Shown piece by piece: positions 1-11,980 of a stretch of 64,000 bases of DNA (position 1 is its first letter; every line of letters starts with the position of its first letter). The position numbers were made by a program, and so were the translations under genes. This DNA comes from Schizosaccharomyces osmophilus (taxonomy: Eukaryota): positions 3,348,001 through 3,412,000 of the forward strand of contig NC_079238.1 in NCBI RefSeq assembly GCF_027921745.1, in the 5' to 3' direction. Below the pieces are notes generated by a model. The model made no database searches. It was not told the origin of the DNA and saw only the letters and a program-made list of their open reading frames with translations.

Positions 1-1176
1 AGAGATTTATATCCAGAAGACAAAAATGCAAAAGAAGGTGCCGCGTTGGAAGACCACATTTACATGGACAGCATGGGTTTCGGTATGGGTTGCTGTTGCT
101 TACAACTTACATTCCAAGCAAAAGATTGTGATGAAGCTCGTTTATTGTATGATCAGCTTACCCCGATAACACCCTTAATGCTTGGTATATCTGCCGGTAC
201 GCCAGCTTTTCGAGGCTATTTGGCCGAACAGGATTGTCGATGGAGTGTTATTGCCGGTGCAGTCGACGATCGTACAAAGTCCGAAATGGAATCCGTTCCA
301 AAATCTAGGTATGACTCTGTTGATATGTATATCTCAAACGATCCTCGTAATCTCCCAGAATACAATGACGTTCCTGTAGTCTCAAACGAGGGTTGCTATG
401 AACAGTTAATAAAAGGAGGAATTGACGAAAAGTTGTCAAAGCATATGGCTCATATATTTGCACGCGATCCTTTGGTTATTTTCAGTGACAACATTCAGCA
501 AGACAACAGTACTTCTAATGGCCATTTTGAAAATTTGAACTCTACCAACTGGCAATCCATGCGTTTTAAGCCCCCTCCACTCAACAGCTCAATTGGTTGG
601 CGTGTTGAATTCCGATCAATGGAAATCCAATTTACAGAATTTGAAAATGCTGCTTATTCTGTGTTTGTTGTCATGCTTTCCAGAGCTATTCTCTCTTTTG
701 ATCTGAATTTTTATATGCCTATTTCCTTGGTTGATGAAAATATGGTGAATGCCCAGGCTCGCGATGCAATTCATCGGAAGAAGTTTTGGTTCAGGTGCAA
801 TCCATTTTCTAACGCTGAAAATCCTCTGGAACGTGGTCAATGTCGGCAATTAACTTTAGACCAAATATTTAATGGAGAACAAACTGAAAATGGATTCCCC
901 GGGTTGGTACAAATAGTTCGCAGTTATCTGTATACCTGTAATCCCGATGCTGAAACGTTGTGTTCATTAGATCGTTATCTTCGTTTGGTTTCAAAACGTG
1001 CAAGTGGAAAATGTTTAACTGAGGCATCTTGGATTCGCAATTTCATAACGACCCATCCTCTTTACAAGCAAGACAGTGTGGTTTCGCCTGAGATTAATTA
1101 TGACTTGATAAAGCGGATAACAAGCATCATCAATGGTGAAAGGAATGAAAGTCTCTTTAATGATTGTCGCTGCTAA
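1..1176 (+). CDS. gcs1: Glutamate-cysteine ligase catalytic subunit (5'-truncated by window edge)
   Basis: Open frame from base 1; motifs HIYMDSMGFGMGCCCLQ, NSTNWQSMRFKPPP, GWRVEFRSMEIQ typical of GCLC/Gsh1. Confidence 0.96.
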   Translation, partial: RDLYPEDKNAKEGAALEDHIYMDSMGFGMGCCCLQLTFQAKDCDEARLLYDQLTPITPLMLGISAGTPAFRGYLAEQDCRWSVIAGAVDDRTKSEMESVPKSRYDSVDMYISNDPRNLPEYNDVPVVSNEGCYEQLIKGGIDEKLSKHMAHIFARDPLVIFSDNIQQDNSTSNGHFENLNSTNWQSMRFKPPPLNSSIGWRVEFRSMEIQFTEFENAAYSVFVVMLSRAILSFDLNFYMPISLVDENMVNAQARDAIHRKKFWFRCNPFSNAENPLERGQCRQLTLDQIFNGEQTENGFPGLVQIVRSYLYTCNPDAETLCSLDRYLRLVSKRASGKCLTEASWIRNFITTHPLYKQDSVVSPEINYDLIKRITSIINGERNESLFNDCRC

Positions 1177-1482
1177 AAATTGTGTATCACTCATTAATAA
1201 ATATTCATGGTCCGTTAATCATGCTTGAAGACTACGAAATTCTTAGCATAAAAACTAATATATTTTTTAGACGAGGTTAATCTTATGGTTTATGAAAACT
1301 GTTTATCCAAGTAAAAATCAATTCATTTAAATCTTTTTAGCACTAATGATTATTAAAAGTAATCATTCAAATATAAGAAACGTATCAAACACTGTATACC
1401 AGCTTAAGCTTCCGACTGTAGATGTGCCCCACCCTTCCTTTCGATAATTAGTGTATGGCACTTTCACACAAATACCTTACAA

Positions 1483-1868
1483 ACGCGTCTTCCTAGTTTA
1501 TACGTGTTTAGGTTCTTAATGGCGCCACGATCAACGGCAGTACACGTTGCCGTTTACTCCGGAGTCGAGGTTTATGAATGTTTCATTAAAGGAGTCTCAG
1601 TTATGCGCAGGCGGCGGGACTCATGGTTGAATGCAACACAAATACTTAAAGTAGCCGATTTTGATAAACCACAGAGGACACGCGTGTTGGAAAAAGAAGT
1701 TCAAATTGGAACACACGAAAAAGTACAAGGCGGATATGGAAAATATCAAGGTAAGTAGCAAAGTTGTCGCGTCTTATTTCGCGTATGAAGGAAACCAAAT
1801 TACCGGCGAGTTTAGATATTCTGTTGCAAGACATGTACTACTATCGTTGATTAAAGATAAAAACGCGT
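1483..1868. promoter_or_regulatory. Cluster of MCB (ACGCG[T/A]) elements upstream of, in exon 1 of, and in the intron of res2
   Basis: ACGCGT at 1483, 1680, 1863; TCGCGT (ACGCGA on minus strand) at 1767 and 1779. Confidence 0.55.
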
Positions 1869-3630
1869 TAATTGTTTTCATTGGACTGTTGTAAGCTAAC
1901 TTACAGGCACTTGGGTACCTTATGAACGCGGTATGGATCTGGCAACTCATTATAATGTTCTTGAAATATTGGGCCCAGTCTTGAATTTTGAAATCACAGA
2001 GGATGATCCTCCTGCTCAGAAAAAGCGAGTTACGAAACCAAAACGACCTTCCACCAGAGGTAAAAGAGGTCGTAAGCCTTCTTCATTATCGAATGCTACC
2101 AATCACCAAGTTCAGGATAGCTTTGAATCCTCTCCTGCCTCACCTATGGTCGCCCCGACTACAAACAACTTATCTAGCGCTGCAGAGGAACCGACATCAG
2201 TAACACCTCTACCCCCTTCTCCGTCTACTACATTATTGTCTCCAAATGAAGTGATTCAAAAGGAAGACGAATCTAGCATTTTAGATTCTTCTTTGGATAA
2301 ATATGAAGAGTCACTTTTAGATTTTTTCTTGCATCCCGAAGAAGCACGAATTCCGTCGTTTTTATATTCTCCTCCTCCTGATTTTCAAGTCAATAGTGTG
2401 ATTGATGATGATGGCCACACATCTTTACACTGGGCATGCTCTATGGGGCATATTGAGATGATAAAGCTACTTTTAAGGGCTAATGCTGACATTGGTGTCT
2501 GTAATCGACTAAGTCAAACACCGTTAATGAGAAGCGTTATATTCACAAATAATTATGATTGCCAGACTTTTCAACAAGTCTTAGATTTGCTTCAATCAAC
2601 TATCTACGCTGTAGACTCGTGTGGACAGTCAATTCTTCATCATGTTGTGCGTTCAACGTCAACACCTTCAAAAGTCAATGCTGCGAAATATTATTTAGAT
2701 TCTGTGTTAGAAAAACTGGTCTTAATCCAGCCTTTTGAAAATGTTGTTCGTCTAGTAAATTTGCAAGATTCGAATGGTGATACCGCATTACTCATAGCAG
2801 CTAGAAATGGAGCAACGGAATGTGTCAATTCTCTTTTGAGCTATAATGCCAATCCTTCTATTCCGAATCGTCAGCGACGTACTGCTTCCGAGTATCTCGC
2901 AGAAACAGATAAAAAATCACAGGCAATAGTGCCCGCCTCGAATGGCAATTCACTACGGAACGGCTTGCCTTTCTCCTATTTCGCGCCAACGATTATAGTG
3001 CCTTCTTGTTCTTCACATGCTTTTGGTAAGGCTATACCTTCTATTTCAGAAAAATTTTCAGAACTCGCTGAGGAGTATGAAATACGTCTTCGGGAAACAG
3101 AAGATGCTTTAGCACGAGCGAATCGTTTAAAACAAGACACCCATAGCGAAATAGCACGAACTTATCAAGAACTTGCATTGTTGCAGAATAATGACCCTGA
3201 TAATCTGAATACTTTAGAGCGGTTCAACATGGCAGAACAAGATAAATGTCAAAATAAGTCTTTGGAGTTGCAAGCCTGGATGGAGCGTAGACAATTGTTT
3301 GATCTAAATGAGTCAATGAAAGAAGCAAGGCTGTCTACCAGAAACTTGGAAGTTGAACCTAATGCTGATGATAAGGCTTCTTGGGATAATATTAAGCAAA
3401 AATATGGAAGCATGGATGAACGCAGTGCACTTTTGAATCGATTGAGTCTATTGCAAACTTCAAGGAAACAAATGGCATTCTATATAAGCAAGCAATACGA
3501 AGAAATGGGCATTGATGATACCGTCAATAATTACCGTCGGCTCATTGGTATGAGTTGTGGAATAAATCCAGAGGAGTTAAGTCTCGAAATTCTTGATGCC
3601 GTCGAAGAAGCCTTGGCTCGTGACAAGTGA
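1519..3630 (+). CDS. res2: MBF transcription factor subunit Res2 (KilA-N/APSES domain + ankyrin repeats); exons 1519-1750, 1907-3630
   Basis: [19 protein letters not shown]...[17 protein letters not shown] joined across a GTAAGT..GCTAAC..CAG intron; ankyrin repeats GHTSLHWA and [12 protein letters not shown]. Confidence 0.93.
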
Positions 3631-4198
3631 TTAAATCGTTTGGCATCATTTTTTTTCCTTTACGTTTCATGCTACTGTTATGACCATCTCTATCTATAAT
3701 TTCTCGATGTTGCATCTCTTATTTATGATTAGTTTACTTTGATTTTTCGCATCCATTACTCGTTACTGGCATTCTTTTACGGTATACTTAGCGCGAACCT
3801 CCCATAATAAAGCTTATAATGTTGGTTTAAAATAGAATGTTTATAAGGCCTATTGTGTCTCCTAAATTAATGAATCTACCTTAATGTTAATTAATGTACA
3901 TATCAATACGTATTGAAGAGAGTAGTAATATAGATGTTTTTATTCAGTATCGTACTGTAATCATACATGTACCTTATTTCACTTTAGTGTTTTACTATTT
4001 CTTACATTAATTGTAAGGTGATATCATATTAGCATATATTTAGCATTCGTGTCTGAAAAAAATGTATCTTTAAACTAATAAAGGAAATATAGGGATTACG
4101 GAAAAAAGGGTGAAATTTTGTTTTATTTTTTGCTAATTATTTTGTTAAAATTCTGAAAATATTTGTACGAGGGTACAGTCAGGGTATATAAATAAAAA

Positions 4199-5644
4199 AT
4201 GGACGCATTGAAACTTCTTACTACCAATGTTAAATTCAAGCATAAACCAGTGGAGAAAGAAGTAGAAAAGAAAGAGGAATTGAGAAATGAGTTATATACT
4301 GGTGGTAAAGTGAAAATAACCGGGTCTAATCCTATAGATCCTGTGGTTGAATTTCCCGATTGCATATTCAAAGAAAATTTGGATAAACAGCATGTGGATG
4401 ACTGTTCTGCCATTCAGAGGTACTCTATTCCTATTTTATCAATGAAGCGCGATCTGTTAGCTTGCGCTCCTACAGGATCGGGAAAAACAATTGCTTACCT
4501 GTTTCCTATTCTCTACTCTCTTCAGTCCCATGTTGAAGGCGGTTACAGAGCACTCATAATCGCTCCCACAAAGGATTTGTGCGAACAAATTTATAAGCAA
4601 GCGAAAAGACTTACAATTAATTCGTCTGTTCATGTGACTGAGTTGAATAAATCGAATGAAAAAATTCAGGAGAAGTCTCCTCAGTTGCGCGAAAAGTACG
4701 ATATATGTATAACTACACCAATGAGACTTGTCCATGCCTTACGGAGTGGCTTAAAACTGGACAAAGTCGAATATGTGGTGATGGATGAGGCAGACCGCCT
4801 TTTTGAAGAAGGATTCGTCGAACAAACGGATGAAATTTTAAGTGCTTGTACCCACCCAAAAGTATGTAAAAGTCTTTTTTCAGCCACGCTTCCTTCTACC
4901 GTTGAAGAATTGGCTCAAACAGTAGCCCGTGATCCTCTACGTGTCATTGTTGGAACGAAGGATACCTCTAAAAGCATTGACCAAAAGCTTTTGTTTGTTG
5001 GTTCCGATACTTCCAAGGTTGTTATTTTCCGCCAAATGATAGCGAACGGTGAAATTAAGCCACGCGTTGTTATTTTTGTCCAAGACATAGAGCGTGCGAA
5101 TGCTCTTTACACAGAATTAATGTTTGATGAAATACACGCTGGCGTTATACACGGTGAGCTTCCCGAGGTTAAACGAGAAGAAGTCCTTAATAAATTCCGC
5201 CATGGAGATATATGGGTACTGATAGCCACCGATCTTTTAGCAAGAGGTATCGATTTTCATGGCGTCAAAATGGTTATCAACTTTGATTTCCCTCAAAGTG
5301 TACACAGTTACATTCATCGCATTGGTCGTACGGGCCGAGCCGGTCACGCAGGAAAAGCCATCACTTTTTTCACCAAGGACGATAGTGAGTATGTGAAACT
5401 TGTCGCAGGAGTTATGAAAGCTTCTGGCTGTGAAGTTCCCGAGTGGATATTGTCGCTTCCTAAACCCTCAAAGGGAATGAAGAAGAAACTGAAGAAATCT
5501 CCACCTAAAAGAAAAAGGATAACCACTCGAGCTTCTTATGACAGACATAAAGAATTGAGAAAGAAAGAACACATTAAAAAGCTTAAGCGTGATGCTTCAA
5601 TGACAAAACAGAAAGAAAAGGAGGGATCACCAAAAAATGATTAG
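4199..5644 (+). CDS. rok1: DEAD-box RNA helicase Rok1 (DDX52)
   Basis: [15 protein letters not shown] and HRIGRTGR motifs; basic C-terminal tail; position in syntenic block. Confidence 0.92.
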   Translation: MDALKLLTTNVKFKHKPVEKEVEKKEELRNELYTGGKVKITGSNPIDPVVEFPDCIFKENLDKQHVDDCSAIQRYSIPILSMKRDLLACAPTGSGKTIAYLFPILYSLQSHVEGGYRALIIAPTKDLCEQIYKQAKRLTINSSVHVTELNKSNEKIQEKSPQLREKYDICITTPMRLVHALRSGLKLDKVEYVVMDEADRLFEEGFVEQTDEILSACTHPKVCKSLFSATLPSTVEELAQTVARDPLRVIVGTKDTSKSIDQKLLFVGSDTSKVVIFRQMIANGEIKPRVVIFVQDIERANALYTELMFDEIHAGVIHGELPEVKREEVLNKFRHGDIWVLIATDLLARGIDFHGVKMVINFDFPQSVHSYIHRIGRTGRAGHAGKAITFFTKDDSEYVKLVAGVMKASGCEVPEWILSLPKPSKGMKKKLKKSPPKRKRITTRASYDRHKELRKKEHIKKLKRDASMTKQKEKEGSPKND

Positions 5645-6194
5645 CACTAGAGTATGAGTCAGGGTTTCTTTTCGGATTTATGTCTAGACGGTTTTATTTG
5701 ATTATGCATAGCTTTTGTAACTTTTATGGAATCACGCATTTCATTCAATAGGGTTTACCGACATCGATTTCATAGTTCAACTACTTATAATATGATGCCA
5801 AAAGTTGTAGGGAAGGAAAAGCTCGCCAAATTGTGTAAAACTTTTATTTATAAAGAATTTAAAGAAGGATTCATGCTGCTTATTTGCTGTTACTATTGTA
5901 GTTCATATACGAGTGTCCGCTATTGAATGTTGCGTCCTCCTATCTCAATCATGCGCGCGAAGCTTGAGCAACTTCTAATAAGTTAATTGTTTCCTTAGTA
6001 AAAGTATAGCTTGAATCAATAGCTGTCTCAAAGTAAAATCACTAAATCATATATATGAGACACTTCCTATCCCTCCTAATTTATGTTACCCCAGCGTTGT
6101 TACTTACCACCATGATTGAGCCCGTTCCCAGATGGATATTAGTACTTGACATTTCCCATCCCCTCCTCTTTGGACAAACAGCATTGTTTTAAAT

Positions 6195-6650
6195 ATGATT
6201 TTTAGAAGCCGGGCATTTCTTAAGTTTACTTCTTCTTCCTTGAAAGGAGCTCAATTCTCCACAAGCACGGCTGCTTCTCAAGCAAAAAGTCGATTCCAAC
6301 CCTATGCTCAAAAATTAGCAGGTAAGTTTTAAATGTTAGAAGAAAATGTTAACAAAATATTTAGGTGCTTTTGAACCTGCTACTTATTGGGCCTCTGTCG
6401 GTAAGGAATTGTTCCAACAAATTTACCATTCTCAAAAAATGGCCAATCCTTCCAAAGCTCATGTATGTGCTTATTGAGATATTTGATGAATTTTTGTGCT
6501 AATGATTGTAAAAAGTCTCCATTCTTATTCTGGAAAAGTCAATCTTCTGAAACATGGGGTCGTAACTTTTACTTAAGCGTTGAATTGCTTGGTATTTTTT
6601 GCGTTGGTCAAATGGTTGGCCGCAGAAAGGTCACCTCTTATGGCCATTAA
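6195..6650 (+). CDS. atp20: Mitochondrial ATP synthase subunit g; exons 6195-6321, 6365-6462, 6516-6650
   Basis: Presequence-like MIFRSRAFLKF; spliced frame ends ELLGIFCVGQMVGRRKVTSY (subunit g GxxxG-RR motif); GTAAGT and GTATGT donors. Confidence 0.88.
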
Positions 6651-6807
6651 TTTTCTCTTTCTTTTAACTTTCCAAGTACATGGACAGCAATGAAGAGACT
6701 TGAGGTAGGAGACATCTCTTCCGTGATGACCTAGATAGGTTATAACTAATCTTTTCTTCATGCTGCTTGCAATACATTTTGTTTAAAACAATAAAAATAA
6801 AAATCAT

Positions 6808-7159
6808 TCAATAGTTTGATAAGTATTTGGCTGGGTATCGTTCCGGTTGTCGCTAAAAACGAGTTAGTATTGGATGTATTCTGATTTTGTATTGTGTATT
6901 ACACTCTCCATGGTAACTTTTTTGGAAGTGAACTCTAATTCATTACAACGGCTAAAAACAAATTTTTTTACTCTCGCTAATTAAGAATCGAATGGTTGAC
7001 TCAACGTAGTGTTTCTCTGCAGATTTCGCTGCCCAGATCGGTTCTTACCTTGAAAGTGAAGAGTAGATATGTATGATTTTTTGCGCATATTTTTAAAATA
7101 TTAGATATTATATAAAAATAAAAAAGAAAGTAAGCAAATGTAAAACCATACTTTGCCAT
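6808..7159 (-). pseudogene. Cryptic spliced small ORF or pseudogene of unknown family
   Basis: ATG GCA AA|GTATGG donor at 7151 with CTAAT branch but TAA at the expected acceptor (7093-7095); canonical intron 6853-6902 (GTAATA..TACTAAC..TTTTTAG); one consistent frame with a single internal TAA. Confidence 0.35.
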
Positions 7160-7526
7160 CTTGATTATTTGAAGTGTAAACAAAAGCCCATAGGTGTTTA
7201 TGTAAAATCCAAAAAGAAAATAAAAAAGTTTCCAACCGAGCTAGAACTGTTCTCTCTATGTCTTTATGAGTGAAATAACTTTCATTGATTTACTTGTTTT
7301 CTTTTTTCTTTAAAACCATGGAAGCGCATAAATGCTTTATTGATTCATCGCCGAAAAAGGTTATTATGTCTTTTAAACTACTAAACCCATTTTCTTAATT
7401 ATACTAACATATCAATTCTTCTGTTATTTTTTTGTTTGTAATATAATCCTTTCATTTGTGCAGATGTCTTTCGTACACCCCTTCTTCTCATTTGGTTCCA
7501 TTCCTTATATTCATCTTTAACTCAAA

Positions 7527-8064
7527 ATGCAGTCCTTGTTGAGATCTAGGTTGATTCCAATCCGTTTCCAGTATCGAAGATTCGCTACTAATATTGGTAA
7601 TAAATAGTTGTCTTTAGGATGAAGGATTTATTAATGTTTTGTAGTGATGCCTGCTTTACAGTCCGAGATACGGAAAAAATTGATGGAATCCATGAGAAAC
7701 AAAGACAAGAAACAGACTAGCACTATAAAGGTAAGCGGTGATTGACTAATTGAAGACTCCTGTTCCTTTTTCTTGCGCGCAAGGATGTCTGACGGAACAA
7801 GTTGAAGTTTCAGTTGAAAATGGTAACTTGGAAGAATACAACCCTAACTGAGTGTATTAGTTATTTTTATCTGAAATTGAAATTGCCAACAAATCCAATC
7901 GTCCTGTAACAAATGATTCGGAGGTTACTCGACTTTTGAACAAAAGCATTAAGAAGAAGAAGCAAGCTATAGAACAATTTCTTTCAGCAAACAGAACAGA
8001 TCTCTCCGATAAAGAAAAGGATGAAGTTGAAATCTTACAAAAGTTCCTTCCTCGCGACGCATAA
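7527..8064 (+). CDS. aim41: Mitochondrial YqeY/Aim41 family protein; exons 7527-7596, 7645-7730, 7861-8064 (absent from the ORF track)
   Basis: Spliced product MQSLLRSRLIPIRFQYRRF..LMESMRNKDK..IKKKKQAIEQFLSANRTDLSDKEKDEVEILQKFLP matches the YqeY pattern. Confidence 0.82.
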
Positions 8065-8851
8065 ATATCCATCGGTCATTTGACTTCCGATCCTTTTCTT
8101 GTAAATATAGATCCCCTCTTATACGAGCTTGTCAACATGATCGCTCCTTACAGTTTAGCACCCCAGAATGAACTTGCTTTGCTGACTCCATGAAGTCAAT
8201 ACGAAAACGCTATGCAAAAAGATAAGCGCATAGCTCTTTATGGATCTACATTGGTCTTGCTTTAGAATCTTTAGTCTATGTCTTTTTGGCTTGTTGAATA
8301 TACCTACCTTTTAACAGAAGCAACTCGTCTATCATGAAGTAAAGTACATCCAGAAATGAGTTCAAACATATTCAAAAGATTGTGATAAAAAAGGGCCTAC
8401 TCTTGGGTTCCAAAAGTTGCTAGTTTACTGTCACGCAAATGTGAACCCCAACAATCCTCAAGAGTGAAATAATTGTTCAGAATTCTTAGTAATAAAAACA
8501 AATTGAAAAATAAAGAATTAAAATAGAATAAGTAGCGATGGCTGACTTAATTGCTCAGCTGTATAGTATATGAATATGTACTAACGTACTATGCAAAGCC
8601 TATTTGACTAGATACATTTATTTTTCTATTTTAATGCTAGATATTCTTTTTTACTATTCTCATAAATTTAAGTATTAAATTAAAGCCGCAAGCAAGCCAT
8701 TTGCTGACAAACTATCGACCGTAAAGTGGTGCTCATGTCCAACTCTGCTATAACCAACTACACCTCCCATACTAAAAACAGAAGTCAGCTGTATTTAAAA
8801 CCATCAACTGCATTTATTGCCACTTGGCATTAAGTTCTCTATATAATCTTC

Positions 8852-11800
8852 ATGATTACACGCCTTTCAAGAGCCTGTTTGAGGCGATCAGGCGCTAACC
8901 GCTGGAAAAGCGAACTGTACCATAATCCCTCGTTTTCTTCTCAATTTTCTACATCATGCATTGCTTTGCATCCAAACATTGGTCCTTTTCGATATTCACA
9001 AGCTCTTTCACGGGGTAAAGACTCGAAAAATGAAAAAGTACCTAAAAATGACAGTGAAACAAAAAAGTCGCCGTCATCAGAGAATGAGTCTTCAAAACAG
9101 AAAGAGCTTCAGTCTCATAAGCAGACCTTAAAAAAGAATCCGGAACGGAAAAAAGATGAAGAAAATACAGAAGCAATCAAAACTTTTGTTAGATCATCTT
9201 CCAGTAACGCGAAGGACGAAAAAGAACAAGCTAATGATTCTTTTAGTTTGGAAACTTCTGGAAAAAAGAAAGACACGTCTAAAAATGCTATACCAGAAGT
9301 ATATCCTCAATTGCTAGCTTTACCTATCGTGCGAAGGCCATTGTTCCCGGGCTTTTACAAAGCAATTGTCACTAAGGATCCTTCTGTTTCAGAGGCCATC
9401 AAGGAATTAATAAAGAAAAGGCAACCCTATATTGGTGCTTTCCTTCACAAGGACGAAAATGCAGATACCGATGTAATTACAGATGTAAACCAAGTTTATC
9501 CGGTCGGTGTTTTTGCTCAAATTACAAGTATTTTTCCTACAAAAAATGCGGGTGAAACAGCCTTAACAGCTGTTCTTTATCCCCATAGACGTATACGCAT
9601 CACAGAATTAATGCCTCCTAAGGTTCACATCACTCCTAGCGCTGACTCCAAAGAGCTCAAACAAGCAGACGGGTCCGAAGAATTAACTACTGCTGACAAT
9701 AGCAAAGGTGATTCTAAATTGGAAAGTACAGCTTCCATGTTACAGGACTATAATGTTTCTGTGGTGAATGTCGAAAATATTCACAATCTTCCTTTCAATC
9801 GCCAAAATCCAGTAATAAAAGCACTCACTGGCGAAATTATGAGCACTTTTAAAGAGATTGCGACCTTAAGTCATATTTTCCGTGAACAAATTGCCAATTT
9901 TTCGATTTCAACAGGAACAAACAATGTTTTTGATGAACCTGCTAGATTGGCGGACTTTACTGCTGCGGTTTGCTCTACTGCTCTTCAGGACTTACAAGGT
10001 GTCTTGGAAGCTCAGAATATTGAAGAGCGATTAGAAAAAGCTTTAATAATTCTAAAGCAAGAACTTATTAATGCTCAACTGCAAAGTAAGATTAGCAGAG
10101 ATGTTGAACAAAAACTGTCTCAGCGCCAGAAAGAATTTATATTAATGGAGCAAATGAAGGGAATAAAGAGAGAACTCGGCCATGATGACCCTAAAGAGGC
10201 ATTACTCAATGAATTCAGAAGAAGAGCCGAGGAGACAGAAATGCCTGAACATGTGAATAAAGTTTTTAAGGAAGAGCTTTCTAAATTTCAACATCTAGAA
10301 CCAATGGCTGCTGAGTACAATGTTACTCGCAATTATTTAGACTGGATAACTCAATTACCATGGGGTAAAAAGTCTTCGGAAAACTTCAACATTCAATACG
10401 CTAGGGATATATTGGATAGGGATCATTATGGTTTAAAAGACGTGAAAGACCGCATTCTCGAACTTGTTGCAGTCGGAAAATTAAGAGGTACCATGCAAGG
10501 AAGAATTATTTGCCTAGTAGGGCCTCCTGGTGTCGGTAAAACATCTGTTGGTAAATCAATTGCTTCTGCATTGAATCGAGAATTCTTTAGATTTAGTGTT
10601 GGTGGCTTAACCGACGTTGCTGAAATTAAAGGACACCGTCGTACTTATATTGGGGCGATGCCTGGCAAGGTAGTACAAGCTTTGAAGAAGGTACAAACCG
10701 AAAATCCCTTAATTTTAATTGATGAAATCGATAAAGTTGGAAAAAGTCATCAAGGAGATCCACATAGTGCTTTACTTGAGCTTTTAGACTCTGAGCAAAA
10801 TTCGGCTTTTTTGGACCATTATATGGATATGACTTTAGACGCCTCCTCAGTTTTGTTCGTTTGCACTGCCAATACTGTAGATACAATACCTCCTCCTTTG
10901 CTAGATCGAATGGAACTTATTGAAGTATCAGGTTATGTGGAGGCAGAAAAGCTTCACATTGCTAGAGATTATTTAATTCCCCAAACGAAGAAAAATTGCG
11001 GATTGAAGGATGCAAACGTAACAATGTCTGACAATGCGATTAGAGGCTTAATTCAATTTTACTGTCACGAAAGCGGCGTACGGAACCTAAAGAAATCCAT
11101 TGAAAAAATATTCCGGAAAACTTCATTTCAAATTGTCCAGAATATTGGAGATAAGAAGGAAGGCCCTGTTAAAGAAGCACAAGAAAGTTCAACCAATAAA
11201 GAGCACGATGAAGCAGGAAGTACAGACCAAACTGCTGATAGTTCATCTGTTGTTCCCCTTGATGTACCAAACGAAATTAAGGTTGATATAGACGAAAAGG
11301 ATTTGATTGACTATCTTGGCCCTCCAATACACACCTCACCTCGTCTTTATGATAGGACGCCAAACGGTGTAGTTATGGGTTTAGCTTGGACTCCAATGGG
11401 TGGTGTTCCATTGTACGTTGAAACTATAGTTAAAAACAACTTGTCTGCTGCTTCTGCTCCTTCGTTAGAAAGAACTGGCCAACTTGGTGATGTTATGAAA
11501 GAATCTTCAGAGTTATCCTACTCCTTCTGTAAAAGCTTCTTATCTAAGAATTTCCCAAAAAATAGGTTTTTTGAACATGCTCGTTTGCATATGCACTGTC
11601 CAGAAGGATCTATATCAAAAGATGGCCCGTCTGCTGGTATTACCATGGCTACCTCATTACTATCTTTAGCCTTAAGCACGCCTGTACCCGCTACTACTGC
11701 AATGACAGGTGAGCTAACCTTAACTGGCAAAGTTCTTCGGATCGGTGGTTTGAGAGAGAAAGCTGTTGCAGCCAAGTTATCGGGTATAAAAGAAATTTTA

Positions 11801-11980
11801 TTTCCAAAAGGTAATATAGCCGATTGGGAACAACTTCCTGATTATGTCAAGGAAGGCTTAAGAGGTGTTCCTGTTGAATGGTATGACGATGTATTTAAGA
11901 AGATTTTCCCTCATGTCAACATTGAGGAATGTAACAATCTTTGGCCTACTTTAATGACTAGTGCTTCTAGTCAAAAGTAG
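8852..11980 (+). CDS. lon1: Mitochondrial Lon protease
   Basis: GPPGVGKT Walker A, DEIDK Walker B, KDGPSAG catalytic Ser motif, N-terminal targeting sequence. Confidence 0.97.
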   Translation: MITRLSRACLRRSGANRWKSELYHNPSFSSQFSTSCIALHPNIGPFRYSQALSRGKDSKNEKVPKNDSETKKSPSSENESSKQKELQSHKQTLKKNPERKKDEENTEAIKTFVRSSSSNAKDEKEQANDSFSLETSGKKKDTSKNAIPEVYPQLLALPIVRRPLFPGFYKAIVTKDPSVSEAIKELIKKRQPYIGAFLHKDENADTDVITDVNQVYPVGVFAQITSIFPTKNAGETALTAVLYPHRRIRITELMPPKVHITPSADSKELKQADGSEELTTADNSKGDSKLESTASMLQDYNVSVVNVENIHNLPFNRQNPVIKALTGEIMSTFKEIATLSHIFREQIANFSISTGTNNVFDEPARLADFTAAVCSTALQDLQGVLEAQNIEERLEKALIILKQELINAQLQSKISRDVEQKLSQRQKEFILMEQMKGIKRELGHDDPKEALLNEFRRRAEETEMPEHVNKVFKEELSKFQHLEPMAAEYNVTRNYLDWITQLPWGKKSSENFNIQYARDILDRDHYGLKDVKDRILELVAVGKLRGTMQGRIICLVGPPGVGKTSVGKSIASALNREFFRFSVGGLTDVAEIKGHRRTYIGAMPGKVVQALKKVQTENPLILIDEIDKVGKSHQGDPHSALLELLDSEQNSAFLDHYMDMTLDASSVLFVCTANTVDTIPPPLLDRMELIEVSGYVEAEKLHIARDYLIPQTKKNCGLKDANVTMSDNAIRGLIQFYCHESGVRNLKKSIEKIFRKTSFQIVQNIGDKKEGPVKEAQESSTNKEHDEAGSTDQTADSSSVVPLDVPNEIKVDIDEKDLIDYLGPPIHTSPRLYDRTPNGVVMGLAWTPMGGVPLYVETIVKNNLSAASAPSLERTGQLGDVMKESSELSYSFCKSFLSKNFPKNRFFEHARLHMHCPEGSISKDGPSAGITMATSLLSLALSTPVPATTAMTGELTLTGKVLRIGGLREKAVAAKLSGIKEILFPKGNIADWEQLPDYVKEGLRGVPVEWYDDVFKKIFPHVNIEECNNLWPTLMTSASSQK

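Noticed and set aside
8561..8598. TACTAAC-containing putative 5'UTR intron upstream of lon1
   Set aside because: Weak donor and AAG acceptor, about 250 nt from the ATG; cannot be distinguished from chance
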